A DNA stretch of 64,000 bases from an uncultured Acidimicrobiia bacterium (GTDB lineage Bacteria > Actinomycetota > Acidimicrobiia > Acidimicrobiales > JACDCH01). Below the pieces are notes generated by a model. It saw only the letters and a program-made list of their open reading frames with translations, had not been told where the DNA came from and did not search any database. The translations under genes and the position numbers were made by a program. The DNA lies in NCBI GenBank assembly GCA_963721305.1, contig CAVRIR010000005.1, positions 25,460-89,459 of the forward strand, written 5' to 3'. Shown one piece after another: positions 1-9,985 of this stretch; the first letter of the stretch is position 1, and each line of letters begins with the position of its first letter.

Positions 1-670
1 CGATCGCCCACACCGAGATGATCGGGACGAGCACGGCGTAGCTCAGGTGCGTCTCGAGCACGAGGCTGGCGACGCCCACCGCGAACGGCAACATCCAGAT
101 GTCGCCGCATGTCAGCGACCATGCGAGCACCAGGAAGAACAGGAACGGGATGAGCATGCTGTGCGGCTGCCACGGGTCGAACAGCAACTCGCTGCCCATC
201 GTCCAGCTCAGCCCGCCCGCCATGAACGTCGCCGCGGTCGCAGGGACGACGCCTCCGCGCCGGAACGCGACGAGCGCGATGCCCACGATGGACGCGATGT
301 TGATCGCCGCTACCGCGCACGCGAGTCCGGCGTCGTTGAACAGCTTGGTCGGGATCGCCAGCAGGTCGAAGAACAACGGGCCCGGGTTGTTGAGCTGCAA
401 GCCGGCTTCCTGCGACGCGGACGTCCACGTACCGAGCAGCGGGAAGTGGTGGCTGAACACGTCGCGCGCCCGCAACTCGAACAGAGCGTTGTCACCGACC
501 GCCAACCAGTGGTTGTGCAGCGCGCGGATGGTCGCGACGAGGATCGGCAGCGTCGCCGCGAGCACCGCGAACAACACGATGAGCTTCCCCGACGACTCCG
601 GAGTCTCGTCGTCCTCCGCGACGTTGGGATCCGGCGAGGTCTGCGCTCCCTCGTCGACGAGTGTCGTCAT
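1..670 (-). CDS. polytopic membrane protein, N-terminal part (runs off the left edge); paralog of the gene at 667..2631
   Basis: Absent from the ORF track because no stop lies in the window. My minus-strand translation from ATG 670-668 reads MTTLVDEGAQTSPDPNVAEDDETPESSGKLIVLFAVLAATLPILVATIRALHNHWLAVGDNALFELRARDVFSHHFPLLG...NNPGPLFFDLL, followed by further hydrophobic helices. It aligns with HRTHWFPVLDLAMTEVRVRDV...HPGPLSFYAL of the upstream gene. ATGA start/stop overlap at 667-670. Confidence 0.7.
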   Translation of the reverse strand, partial: MTTLVDEGAQTSPDPNVAEDDETPESSGKLIVLFAVLAATLPILVATIRALHNHWLAVGDNALFELRARDVFSHHFPLLGTWTSASQEAGLQLNNPGPLFFDLLAIPTKLFNDAGLACAVAAINIASIVGIALVAFRRGGVVPATAATFMAGGLSWTMGSELLFDPWQPHSMLIPFLFFLVLAWSLTCGDIWMLPFAVGVASLVLETHLSYAVLVPIISVWAI

Positions 671-2631
671 GGGCCGATCGTGCCAGGTGGCGCGAGGAAG
701 ATGGCCGTCGGAAGACCGAGGTCGAGCATCTGCTGCAAGCGTTCCTGGATCGGCTGGTTCGCCGGCGAGGTCAACCGATCGTCGATCGCGGCGCCGAAGA
801 GATTGTCGTCGACGTGAGGAATGATGTCGTCGAGGCCCGCGGTGTGCAGCATCTGGATCACTTCACCGCGGAGTTGCGCGAATTCGGCCTGCTGCGCGGG
901 CGAGCGCGGCTCGACGAACGCGACCTCGACCGCTCCCGGGACCTTGCGCCACTCGTCGATGTGGAAGCCGGTTGCGAGATGGACGACAGCGGTGGCGTCC
1001 GCCGGCTCGATCACGCGTGTGCTCGTCATCGGCACCCGCGCCGAGTTCGGCACGCCGGCCCTGAATCCCTGACGTTCGAGCTCGAGGACGATGCCGTAGC
1101 CCTGCGAGCCGATGTACAACGCGTCCGACCACGTCACGGAGTATCGGCCGTCGCGTCCGGTCGCGGTGCCCTGGTGGTCCAGCAACGCCTGCTCGGTCGG
1201 CGGCATCACCGACGCGAGCACCGAAGAGAGGCCCGGCGCGGGCGGGTCGACGTTCCGCGTGCGTCCGCCGCGAGCGCCACGCTCGAGATGACGATGAACG
1301 CGCCGGCGGCGGCGGTGCCGATCTTGAGGAGCCGGCCGCGCGCGTCAGGACCGAGGCGTCGGCGGGCGACCTCGACCGCGGTCCACACCATGGCGAACAC
1401 CATGAACGCCGTGATCGCCCAGGACCAGAGCATCAGGTAGAACCACAAGTGGCCGAAGATCCGCGCCATCGAGATCACGGCGAGCACGACCGATGCGCCG
1501 ATCACCAGGTGGAGCTGCAGCAAGCGGATGTGCTTCAGCTTCCATGCCGCGACGACGCTCGCACCCCAGAGCGCGAGCAGCACGAGACCGGGGATGACCG
1601 AACCGTCGGGATCGCCTGACGCGTTGACCAGTGAGCCGGTGTCGTTGCGCTGATCCTTCGCGAACTTGGTGAGATCGAGGTGCAGCAGCTCGAGCCGGAC
1701 GCCGGTACGGAAGCCGACCGGCTGATCAGGCGGGTGCTCGAAGTAGTCGCGCAGCTGCGCGAGGTTGCCCGGATCGTGACGCAACTGGTCGACGACCACC
1801 GGCGACCACACCACGAGCCCGACGGCGAGCGAGACCAGGAGCCACTTCAGGAGACTGCGCCGCTGCGGCGACTTCGCAGGCGTGCGGCGGGCGACGACGA
1901 TCGCGGCCACGACGGCGAGCGCGCCGAGGCCCAGTGAGAGCCCGAGGTAGGGCAGGTGCGTCTGCGCGCAGAACGACGCCGCCAACACCGCGACGGGAAG
2001 GATGACGAAGTCGCCCGCGACGACGGACCACACCGCGAGCAGCAGCACGACCCACCACATCAGCGGCAGATACGGGTTCCACGGCTCGGTGAGCGTGCCG
2101 ACCCCGTAGCCACGCACGAGGAACGCCAGCACCGCGCCGACCCCGATGAGCAGCCGGAAGCCGCCGCGCCGGTGCGCGAGCACGAGACTGACGGTGATCG
2201 CGACGAGGTTGAGGACCGCGGTGGACGCCTCGAGGGCCCACGAGCTCGCTCCGAGCAACCGGTACGCAGGGGCGAGCGCATAGAAGCTGAGCGGTCCGGG
2301 GTGGCTCCCCTGCTGCGCGAGCGTGCCGATGCGCCCCGGCAGTCCGATCAGCGGCGTGTGCGCGGTACCCACGTCGCGGACGCGGACCTCGGTCATGGCC
2401 AGGTCGAGCACCGGGAACCAGTGGGTGCGGTGCAACGCGATCGCGGCGACCACGAGGGGCAGCCCGATGATCGCGACGAGGACAGCGATCAGCAGCCAGG
2501 GACGCGCCGACGAGCGACCGCCACCAGTGCGGACCGGTCGGTGCCGTTTCGTCCTCGAGCTCCAGCTCGGGGGGTTCGTCGACCACCTGTTCATCGGCCA
2601 GCGCGACGCCGGGCGATTGAACGGGCGGCAT
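667..2631 (-). pseudogene. polytopic membrane protein with a soluble C-terminal domain (GT-C-like?), two apparent frame changes
   Basis: Three ORF pieces fit together. The acidic N-terminus MPPVQSPGVALADEQVVDEPPELELEDETAPTGP lies in the frame of 1726..2631. The multi-helix core RPWLLIAVLVAIIGLPLVV...WWVVLLLAVWSVV lies in the frame of 1206..2732. The C-terminal domain is ORF 667..1221. The first and last frames are identical and the middle one is shifted, with junctions near 2510 and 1250. Confidence 0.6.
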
Positions 2632-2692
2632 CGAGCGAGTATAGGAACGGACCCCCGCCGAATCGGAGACGCCCCCCTCCCGCTCGCCTCAC

Positions 2693-2743
2693 AACTCCGG
2701 GGAGAAACGGGCGCTATGGCGCCCGTTTCCATCCAACATTCGC
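2693..2743 (+). repeat. 51-nt palindromic repeat, copy 1
   Basis: AACTCCGGGGAGAAACGGGCGCTATGGCGCCCGTTTCCATCCAACATTCGC. It has an 11-bp perfect inverted repeat GAAACGGGCGC/GCGCCCGTTTC. It lies 7 nt beyond the stop of the epimerase gene (2751) and upstream of the membrane gene start (2631). Confidence 0.9.
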
Positions 2744-2750
2744 TTCGAAG

Positions 2751-3779
2751 TCAGGGGAGGTGGCGAAGGAGCTTCAGGGCACCGAGGCGGACCGGGGACT
2801 GGTGATGGGACCGGGCCACCCCGACCTCGTCGCGGTGGGCGAGGTACCACTCGTAGGACTCGATCAGCATCGAAGCGTTCGAATGACGTGACTTCCATCC
2901 GAGGTCGGTGTGCGCCTTCGACGTGTCGAAGAACAGCGATTCGCTGTAGAGCAGCCAGTGGTACGGAGCGAAGGGCGCCGCGCCCACCGTCGCGGCGGCG
3001 CGCATCGCGAGCTGTGCCGGCGCGGTCGGCAGCGACCGGATGACCGACCCCGTGCCGGCGTGGTCGACCAGGGCCTGGATCGTCTCGCGCATCGTGCCGA
3101 ACTCGGACGCGCCGACGTTGTACGTCTCCGGACCAGGGCGATCGCCTGCTCGCAGGCAGGCGTCGGCGAGATCATCGGCGTGGACGAGCTGGTAGCGGTT
3201 GTCACCCGAGCCGAACACGTAGACGGGTGCGCCTTCGGCGACGAACTCGAAGAGGATCGCGAAGATCCCGAGGCGGCCGTGCCCGAGGATCGTGCGCGGC
3301 CGGATGATGCTCACGTCGAGTCCCGCCGCCGCGGCTTCGTGGCACAGCTGCTCCGCCCGCAGCTTCGCCCGCCCGTACGCCTCGAGGGGACGCGCCGGTG
3401 CGTCCTCCCGTACCGGATTCGACTCCGGGATGCCGAAGATCGCGCTCGACGACGTGTGCACGACCTTGGCGACGCCCGCATCGCGCGCGCCGACGAGGAC
3501 GTTCGCCGTCCCGACGACGTTGACGGAGTCGAACAAGGCCCGGTCCTTCGCGAGCGGCACCTGCGCGACGTTGTGCAGCACGACGTCAGCGCCTTCGCAC
3601 GCGGCCCGGACACGATCGGCGTCGCGCACGTCACCTCGAACGAACTCGACATCGCCGTCGGTCACGTCGGGCTCGTTCACGTCGAAGATCCGGACGCGGT
3701 CGCCTCGCGCCAGCGCCTGGGTCGCCAGCACGGTCCCGAAGTAGCCGCTGCCCCCGGTGACGAGGACGGTGCGGCCCAT
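2751..3779 (-). CDS. NAD-dependent epimerase/dehydratase (SDR family)
   Basis: C-terminal 342 aa of ORF 2751..4301, starting at ATG 3779: MGRTVLVTGGSGYFGTVL (Rossmann GxxGxxG), then YGRAKLRAEQL (YxxxK). The upstream part of the ORF is an Arg-rich shadow. Confidence 0.85.
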   Translation of the reverse strand: MGRTVLVTGGSGYFGTVLATQALARGDRVRIFDVNEPDVTDGDVEFVRGDVRDADRVRAACEGADVVLHNVAQVPLAKDRALFDSVNVVGTANVLVGARDAGVAKVVHTSSSAIFGIPESNPVREDAPARPLEAYGRAKLRAEQLCHEAAAAGLDVSIIRPRTILGHGRLGIFAILFEFVAEGAPVYVFGSGDNRYQLVHADDLADACLRAGDRPGPETYNVGASEFGTMRETIQALVDHAGTGSVIRSLPTAPAQLAMRAAATVGAAPFAPYHWLLYSESLFFDTSKAHTDLGWKSRHSNASMLIESYEWYLAHRDEVGVARSHHQSPVRLGALKLLRHLP

Positions 3780-4864
3780 CAGACTTGCTCGCCGTTCGCG
3801 AGGCACCAACGGATGCTCTGTCGCATCCCCTCGAGCAGATCGACCGGCGGGTCGTACCCGAGCTCGTCGCGGGCGCGCGTGATGTCGCACGCGATCGTGT
3901 CCTTGAGCTCGCCGAGCACGTGCGCGGCCTGGACGTACCGGCCGCGGCCCTGCACGAACCGGTCGGCCGCCTCGGCCGCCTTCGCCGCGACCAGGGGAAT
4001 CCGAATCGGCTGACGCGAGGTCGCGTCCATGTCCTCGTCGGCGAACGCCTGGCGCACGGTGTCGAACACCTCGCGCAGCTCGTACGGCCGCGCGTCGGCG
4101 ATCCAGTACGCGTTGCCCGGTGCTTTGGCCGCGGTCTCCGACAGCAGCATGCCGAGCACGAGGTTGCCCGTGTAACACCATCGACCGTTGTTGCGTGCCG
4201 TCGCCGACGAGCGGGAACCGTCCCCGCCGCACGGATGCGAGGAACTGCGTCTGCCGCGCGGGTTGAAACGGCCCGTAGAACCACGGTGGCCGAACGATCA
4301 CCGTCTGGAGGTCGCCGCGTTCGAAGCGAGCGCATGACGAGTTGCTCGCTCTCGAGCTTGGACCTGCCCGTACGCCATGTACGGGTTGAACGGCGACTCC
4401 TCGGTGAACCGGTCGGTCGGGGCGTCGTTCGCGCCGAACGGAGAGTTCGAGGACACGTGGACGAATCGCACCGCGCCGGCACGCCGCGCCCGGTCGAGGG
4501 TGAGTTGCGTCCCGCCCACGTTGACGTCGAACAGCGTGCGGAGCTTCCCCTCGGGATGGATGACCCCTGCTGCGTGGAAGACGGTCGCGGGTCCGACGCC
4601 GTCGAACAACGCGTCGAGCGACGCCGGATCGCGCACGTCGCCGACGACCGGCTCGATCGAAGGACCGATGACCGACAGCATCGACGCGTCGTCGTGGTCA
4701 CGGACGAGGCAGCGCACGCGGTCCCGCTTCGGTGCGAGCGCGCGGACGAGGTTCTGGCCGAGCCAGCCGGCGGCGCCGGTGACGATCGCGGTCGGCGACG
4801 GATCGATGTCACCGTTCGGCCCGTTCGATGTGTTCGGCCCGTTCGCCGAGTTCGGCTCGGTCAC
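3779..4864 (-). pseudogene. NAD-dependent epimerase/dehydratase, three apparent +1 frameshifts
   Basis: Four pieces in four ORF frames: TAIVTGAAGWLGQNLV...NPYMAYG (4298..4987), RSKLESEQLVMRS (3631..4812), FERGDLQTVIVRPPWFYGPFQ...QQRSMV (2751..4301) and YTGNLVLGMLLSE... to the stop (3779..4159). Junctions near 4358 (ccc run), 4315 and 4175 (aa run). The GTG start at 4864 forms a GTGA overlap with the GMC stop. Confidence 0.7.
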
Positions 4865-6299
4865 GTTTGCGCGAGGAAGTGGTCGGTGTTGCGTGCCGCG
4901 ATCGTCATGATCGCGGCCTGCGGATTGACTCCTGGTGCATCCGGCAGCAACGACGCGTCGTTCACCCGCAGGTTGCTCACACCCCAAACGGATCCGAAGC
5001 TGTCCGCCGCGGTGCGGCTGCGGTCTTCACCCATGCGGACCGACGATGTCAGGTGCACGGTCATCAGGTTCGCACTGGCGCGCTGCGACCGCGTCCCACC
5101 ACGAGACGAGCTCGTCGTTCGGCGGACGACGCGCCCGCCGATCACCGACGGGTACAGCTCGGTCGCTCCCGCGGCGAGCAGCACCTCACCCGAGATGGAT
5201 GAGACCTCGCGCCAGGCGGCTCATGTCCGCTTCGGTGAGCCGGTAGGACACGAGCGGCGCCTTCACGCCCGGAAGCGCCACCACCCTTCCGCTCGCGTCG
5301 CCGCGGATGGCGGCGTAGTACACGTACACCCGCTCCCAGTCTTCGAGCGCCGCGCTGAAGTCTGCGGCCGAGTCGCTGAGCGCGAGCGCAATGTGCCCTT
5401 TGCGGCTGACCGACCCGCCGATCGTGAGGCTCGGGGCGAACTCCGTGACCCGGTGCATCGGCACGCCGGCATGGTCGAGCGGGTTCGGAAAACGCGCCGC
5501 GATCTTGATCGTCGGATGGAGCTTCAACCCGCGGCCGGCCTGGCCGCGGATGCCGCTGCGTTGCAGCAGCGCTGGCGTCTGGATCGCTCCCCCGCACACG
5601 AACACGTGATCCGCCTCGATCGAGCACGCGCTCGACCGTGCCGTCGGGCCGCGTGCACTCGCAGCACGCGCCGGTGACGCGATCGTTGCGCATGCACAGC
5701 TTCAGCACGCGGCAGTCGGCCAGCACGGTCGCTCCGTTGCTGACGGCGTCCGGGATCAACGTGCGCGCCATGGTCTGCTTCACGCCGCGGCCTTGGTGGT
5801 CGTAGCGGAACACGCGCGGGAACTCGACCGCCCGCCAACCGAGCTTCGCCGCGCCCCGCTCGAGCGTCGCCGACGAAGGCGGAGGCGCAGAGGGCAGCCG
5901 TGACACGCCTTGCACGTCCTCGACCTGCTCGGCATACCGGTCGAGCACGTCTTCGGTGAACTCCTCGATGCGGTACGTCCGGCGCCACTCATCCGACAGG
6001 TAGGCGGGGAGCCGGTGCCAGAGACCCGAGTTGATCTCGGTGCTGCCCCCGACGCACCGGCCCTCGGCGAACGCGACCGGCGGCGACCCCAGCGTGGCGC
6101 ACGAGCCCCGATGTCGGTACTTGAGCACCATCTCCTCGAGCGAGAACGGCTCGACCGCGTCAGGGTCGATCCAGGGACCCTCCTCGACGACGGTCACCGT
6201 CCGTCCTGCCGCCGCGAGCCGCGCCGCGGTGGTGGATCCGCCCGCGCCCGACCCGATGACGAGGACCTCCGTCTGCAGCGTCGACGTCGGACCGCTCAC
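4861..6299 (-). pseudogene. GMC-family FAD oxidoreductase, two apparent +1 frameshifts
   Basis: FAD motif EVLVIGSGAGGSTTAARLAAAGRTVTVVEEGPW from GTG 6299 (frame of 5142..6623). HVFVCGGAIQTPALLQRSGI is in ORF 5186..5605. The C-terminal VRMGED...VWGVSNLRVNDASLLPDAPGVNPQAAIMTIAAR is in ORF 4861..5184. Junctions near 5621 and 5190 (ccc run). Confidence 0.7.
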
Positions 6300-6619
6300 G
6301 GCACCGCCAGCAGCGCGGGCAGCTCGTGCGACGACTCGGGCAGCTCCTGTTCGGCGAACAGGACCAGCGATCGGAACACGCGGACGTACTGGCGCAACTG
6401 CGGGATCGGGCTGGTGTCGAGCGACGGGACGCTCGGCCCACGACCACCGACGGCGATGGACCAGGCGCCGAGGCCGAGGGATGCCGCGACCAACGCGGCC
6501 CGAAGGTGCTCGGGCATCGAGCGCAGCGCGCCGTCGACGAAGGCCGCCACGTCGCGGCGGCGATCGGGATCCTGAGTCCTCGTGAGTCCGTCGACGACCC
6601 GGCGCTCGAACCAGAGCAT
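6296..6619 (-). CDS. hypothetical small protein, translationally coupled to the GMC oxidoreductase
   Basis: Part of ORF 6296..6733. I prefer the internal start MLWFERRVVDG at 6619 because a start at 6733 would overlap the divergent gene at 6652. Its stop forms a GTGA overlap with the GMC start (6296-6299). No family recognised. Confidence 0.45.
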   Translation of the reverse strand: MLWFERRVVDGLTRTQDPDRRRDVAAFVDGALRSMPEHLRAALVAASLGLGAWSIAVGGRGPSVPSLDTSPIPQLRQYVRVFRSLVLFAEQELPESSHELPALLAVP

Positions 6620-6651
6620 GCACCGGAGGTTAGTGAACCTCGCTACTACCC

Positions 6652-8343
6652 TTGGCGGTCGTGAGCGCCGTCGTCGAGGTTCCTGCGCGCTCCGAGCCAG
6701 ACGCCGTGCCGGCGCCGTCGTCGTGGAAGTCATGGCAACGATGGTTGCCCGTCGGCATCGTCGCCCTCGTCGTCCTGCTGCCGCTGCGGGGCCTCATGCG
6801 GGCCCCGGGTCCGCCCATGGAAGAGGGCTTCATGCTCGTCTTCCCCGAAGAGGTGCTCCGAGGCGCGATCCCCAACCGCGACTTCCTGCACCTGTACGGC
6901 CCCGGGAGCCTGTGGGTGCTCGCCGGGCTGTTCAAGGTCTTCTCGACCTCGCTGTGGACCGAGCGGGTCGCCGGCTACCTGCAGCAGCTTGCGCTCGTCG
7001 CCGCCGTGTACGTGATGGTGCGCCCCTACGGGCGCCGTCTCGCAGTGGGCGGCGCGGTCATCGCGGCGATCATCATCATCCCGCCCATCGGTCTCACGGC
7101 CCTCGCATGGGTCGGAGGCGTCGCGCTCGGTCTGTGGTCGATGGTGGCGTTGCTGCGCGGCCGGTTCCTGCTCGCGGGCGTCGTCGGGGGGTTCGCGCTG
7201 CTCTATCGCCCCGATCTCGTGGTCGCCGTCGGGCTCGGCTTCATCGTCGTCTGGCGCGTACTCGCGAAGGTCGAGCGCAAACGGCTTCTCGGGGGATTCG
7301 CTCTCGGCGTCAGCCCCTTCCTGATCCAGATCGCGCTCGCCGGTCCTGGCCACGCCTTCTACGGGATGGTGATCCAACCGGTGTTCCAGCTCCGGTCGGG
7401 GCGGCATCTCCCACTGCCGCCCTCGTGGAGCCACTTCGACGGGTTCCTGCAGAAGGCCGGCGTGCTCAACCAGGCCAAGTGGCCGTTCCCGGCGCCACCG
7501 TCGCCTGGCCAGCTGACGTTGTGGCTGCTGCTCCTCGCGGCCGCGATGATCACGCTCGTCGTGGTCGGCTGGCAGGTGAGCCGCCGTTCGACGGCGACGC
7601 TCGCGGGGCGGGCTGTCCTCGTGATGGGCGTGTTCAGCCTCGGACTGCTTCCCCAGGCGCTGCAACGCCCGGACTCGACCCACCTCGCCTGGGTCAGCGC
7701 GGTGCCGTTCGGGCTGCTGCCGGTGGCGTTGGCCGACCTCGTGCGCCGCTTCCGGCCCGCGTGGCCGGTCGGACGGCGCCTCGCGTTCGCCGCCCTGACG
7801 CCGGCCGTCGTGCTGCTGCTGCTCGTCCCGCACCACACGTTCCGGACGTACACGGACGCCGTGGCGCAGACGTTCGGCAAGCACCGCTCGTCCTACGTGA
7901 TCCAGAACATGGGCCGCAGCTTCTACTACGGCCGCAAGGACGCGGCAGATGCGGTCAACGCCATGCTCCCGGTCGTCGACCATCTCGCCAAGCCGGGCGA
8001 CAAGCTGTTCGTCGGCACGGGCGATCTGCGCAAGACGCCCTACAGCGAGGCGTTCCTCTACTACCTGCTCCCCCAGACCCGTCCGGGTACCCGCTACATC
8101 GAGATGGACCCCGGCGTCGCCAACCGCGCCGATTCCGGTCTGGCGGACGACCTCGCGTCGTCGGACATCGTGATCCTGTCCTCGATCAGGGACGACTGGG
8201 TCGAACCGAACGCCTCTCGCGACTTCGGCTCGGACGCGCCCAACCAGGTGTTGCAGCGCGAGTTCTGCCAGGTCGGTTCCTGGGGCCAAGGCGTGTTCGG
8301 GCGTGGCCTGTATGAGCTCTACGTACGGTGCGATCGCCGCTAA
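6652..8343 (+). CDS. large polytopic membrane protein (putative glycosyltransferase-like)
   Basis: 563-aa ORF with many hydrophobic helices (LPVGIVALVVLLPL, VIAAIIIIPPIGLTALAWVGGVALGLWSMVALL, LTLWLLLLAAAMITLVVVGW) and a C-terminal soluble part. The ppm1-like gene starts 14 nt downstream. Start codon uncertain (TTG 6652 or GTG 6661). Confidence 0.7.
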   Translation: MAVVSAVVEVPARSEPDAVPAPSSWKSWQRWLPVGIVALVVLLPLRGLMRAPGPPMEEGFMLVFPEEVLRGAIPNRDFLHLYGPGSLWVLAGLFKVFSTSLWTERVAGYLQQLALVAAVYVMVRPYGRRLAVGGAVIAAIIIIPPIGLTALAWVGGVALGLWSMVALLRGRFLLAGVVGGFALLYRPDLVVAVGLGFIVVWRVLAKVERKRLLGGFALGVSPFLIQIALAGPGHAFYGMVIQPVFQLRSGRHLPLPPSWSHFDGFLQKAGVLNQAKWPFPAPPSPGQLTLWLLLLAAAMITLVVVGWQVSRRSTATLAGRAVLVMGVFSLGLLPQALQRPDSTHLAWVSAVPFGLLPVALADLVRRFRPAWPVGRRLAFAALTPAVVLLLLVPHHTFRTYTDAVAQTFGKHRSSYVIQNMGRSFYYGRKDAADAVNAMLPVVDHLAKPGDKLFVGTGDLRKTPYSEAFLYYLLPQTRPGTRYIEMDPGVANRADSGLADDLASSDIVILSSIRDDWVEPNASRDFGSDAPNQVLQREFCQVGSWGQGVFGRGLYELYVRCDRR

Positions 8344-8356
8344 CCTCGCCGCCGGT

Positions 8357-9128
8357 ATGCGCACGCTGATCGTCGTACCCACGTACGAAGAAGCGGGCAA
8401 CATCACCGAGCTCCTGCCGCGCATCCGGACGCGCCGCGCCTGACGCCGACGTGCTCGTCGTCGACGACAACAGCCCGGACGGCACCGCGAAGATGGCGCA
8501 GGCGGTCAATGACGAGCTCGGCCACATCGACGTCATGATCCGCAAGGAGAAGGCCGGTCTCGGCACGGCCTACCGCGCCGGGTTCGCGGTGGGTATCGAG
8601 CGCGGTTACGACGTGATCGTCCAGATGGACGCCGATCTCTCGCACGATCCCGCCTCGATCCTGCCGGTCGTGGCCGCCTTGACCGACAACGTCGGCCTCT
8701 CGATCGGGTCGCGCTACGTGCCGGGCGGACACATCCCCCACTGGCCGTGGCACCGCCGGTTCCTCTCCCGCTACGGCAACCTCTACACGCGCCTCGCGCT
8801 CGGACTGAAGGCGCGCGATCTCACGTCCGGCTTCCGCGCGTGGAAGACGAGCACACTCGAACGCATCGACTACAAGACGACGAACGCGACGGGCTACCTG
8901 TTCCAGATGGAGATGGCGTACCGAGTCGCGCAACATGGCGAGCAGATCGCCGAGGTGCCGATCACGTTCACCGATCGCGTGCGGGGCACCTCGAAGATGT
9001 CCGGCGCCGTGATCTTCGAAGAGCTCACCCGCGTCACGTGGTGGGGCCTCCGCGACCGCTGGCACCGCGTCACGCATCGCTCTTCGCACCCGCCGCTTGC
9101 GAACTCCGGGGAGAAACGGGCGCCATAG
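8357..9128 (+). pseudogene. ppm1: polyprenol monophosphomannose synthase (GT2, Ppm1/DPM1-like), one apparent +1 frameshift near 8429
   Basis: MRTLIVVPTYEEAGNITELLPRIR (ATG 8357) stops at 8441. It continues in ORF 8451..9128 as AAPDADVLVVDDNSPDGT...VQMDADLSHDP...GSRYVPGG...GFRAWK...GYLFQMEM...SKMS. The stop TAG lies in the loop of repeat copy 2. Confidence 0.75.
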
Positions 9129-9152
9129 CGCCCGTTTCCATCCAACATTCGC
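9102..9152 (+). repeat. 51-nt palindromic repeat, copy 2
   Basis: AACTCCGGGGAGAAACGGGCGCCATAGCGCCCGTTTCCATCCAACATTCGC. It sits between convergent genes, containing the ppm1 stop and lying 7 nt beyond the methyltransferase stop at 9160. Confidence 0.9.
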
Positions 9153-9159
9153 TCCGTGG

Positions 9160-9876
9160 TCAGTACGGCCAGGGGCCTTTGCGCAACTTGGCGACGATCA
9201 GGGCCTTGAGAACGAGGTTGCGGGCGAACCACGGGAGCTGGCCGAGTTGCGCGGCGGCGTTGCGAAGGCGCGCCGAACCCGTCACCAGCTCCCGGCGGTA
9301 CTCCGTCATCGATCCCGACCGACCGACGTAGCGGAACCGGTAGCCAAGGACGAGCGCGCGCAGGATCGCGAGCGTCACGCCCACCGAGCTGAACGAATCG
9401 TGGATCAACATCGTGCCGCCCGACTTGACCCGCGCGCCCCACACCCGGATGTCGGCGAGCGCCGGCGCGAACCGGTGAGCGCCGTCGATGTACAGCAGAT
9501 CGACGTCGCCGTCGAGCTTCCCGAGAGCATCCTGCGAGAGGCAGCGCAGGTGATGAACGCGATCGTCGACGCCAGCGTTGTGCAGGTTCTCGTGGAACAC
9601 GTCGTGGTCGATCGCGGCCTCTTCCTCGAAGCCGGCGATCTCCTGGGGACCGCGGTCGTTGCCCGCGTGCGGATCAATGGCGGTGATGGCGACGCCTGCC
9701 GGTACGGCCGATGCGAGCACGACCGTGGAGCGTCCGCGGAACGACCCGATCTCCACGATCTGGTCGGCGGGGCCCAGTCGGCTGGCGTGGTCCCACAACC
9801 GGCGAGCCTGGTCGTCGGTCATCCAGCCGTCGACCTTCTCGACCGTGCGGAGGACCTCGTCGAACGAACGCGCCAT
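9160..9876 (-). CDS. class I SAM-dependent methyltransferase
   Basis: ORF 9160..10149 from the internal ATG 9876: MARSFDEVLRTVEKVDGWMTDDQARRLW...IVEIGSFRGRST (motif I-like)...LLYIDGAHRF. Confidence 0.8.
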   Translation of the reverse strand: MARSFDEVLRTVEKVDGWMTDDQARRLWDHASRLGPADQIVEIGSFRGRSTVVLASAVPAGVAITAIDPHAGNDRGPQEIAGFEEEAAIDHDVFHENLHNAGVDDRVHHLRCLSQDALGKLDGDVDLLYIDGAHRFAPALADIRVWGARVKSGGTMLIHDSFSSVGVTLAILRALVLGYRFRYVGRSGSMTEYRRELVTGSARLRNAAAQLGQLPWFARNLVLKALIVAKLRKGPWPY

Positions 9877-9985
9877 TCCCGACGACGTTAGTTGCGACAG
9901 GTACCCTCTCGGCGTGGGCGACCCGGGGGCCGACGCGAGCAGACCGAGCATCGCGAAGATCGGCGATCTCGCCGCCGCGGCAGGC

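Noticed and set aside
47-824. Long plus-strand ORFs (47..817, 99..824) at the left edge
   Set aside because: They are Arg/Ala/Ser-rich with no motifs, and they are antisense shadows of the minus-strand membrane gene, which translates into clean TM helices. Open antisense frames of this kind are expected at this GC content.
2689-2898. Recurring peptide ETGA(I/M)APVSPRS / NGRH.ARF.P in many ORF-track entries, considered as a shared protein domain
   Set aside because: Every occurrence coincides with a copy of the 51-nt intergenic repeat (2693, 9102, 21751, 56761). It is the repeat being translated in different frames.
5142-6623. N-terminal 108-aa extension of the GMC ORF and the 145-aa form of the small upstream ORF
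   Set aside because: The extensions are Arg-rich. The FAD motif follows GTG 6299 immediately, and a start at 6733 would overlap the divergent membrane gene. The shorter models with a GTGA overlap are preferred.
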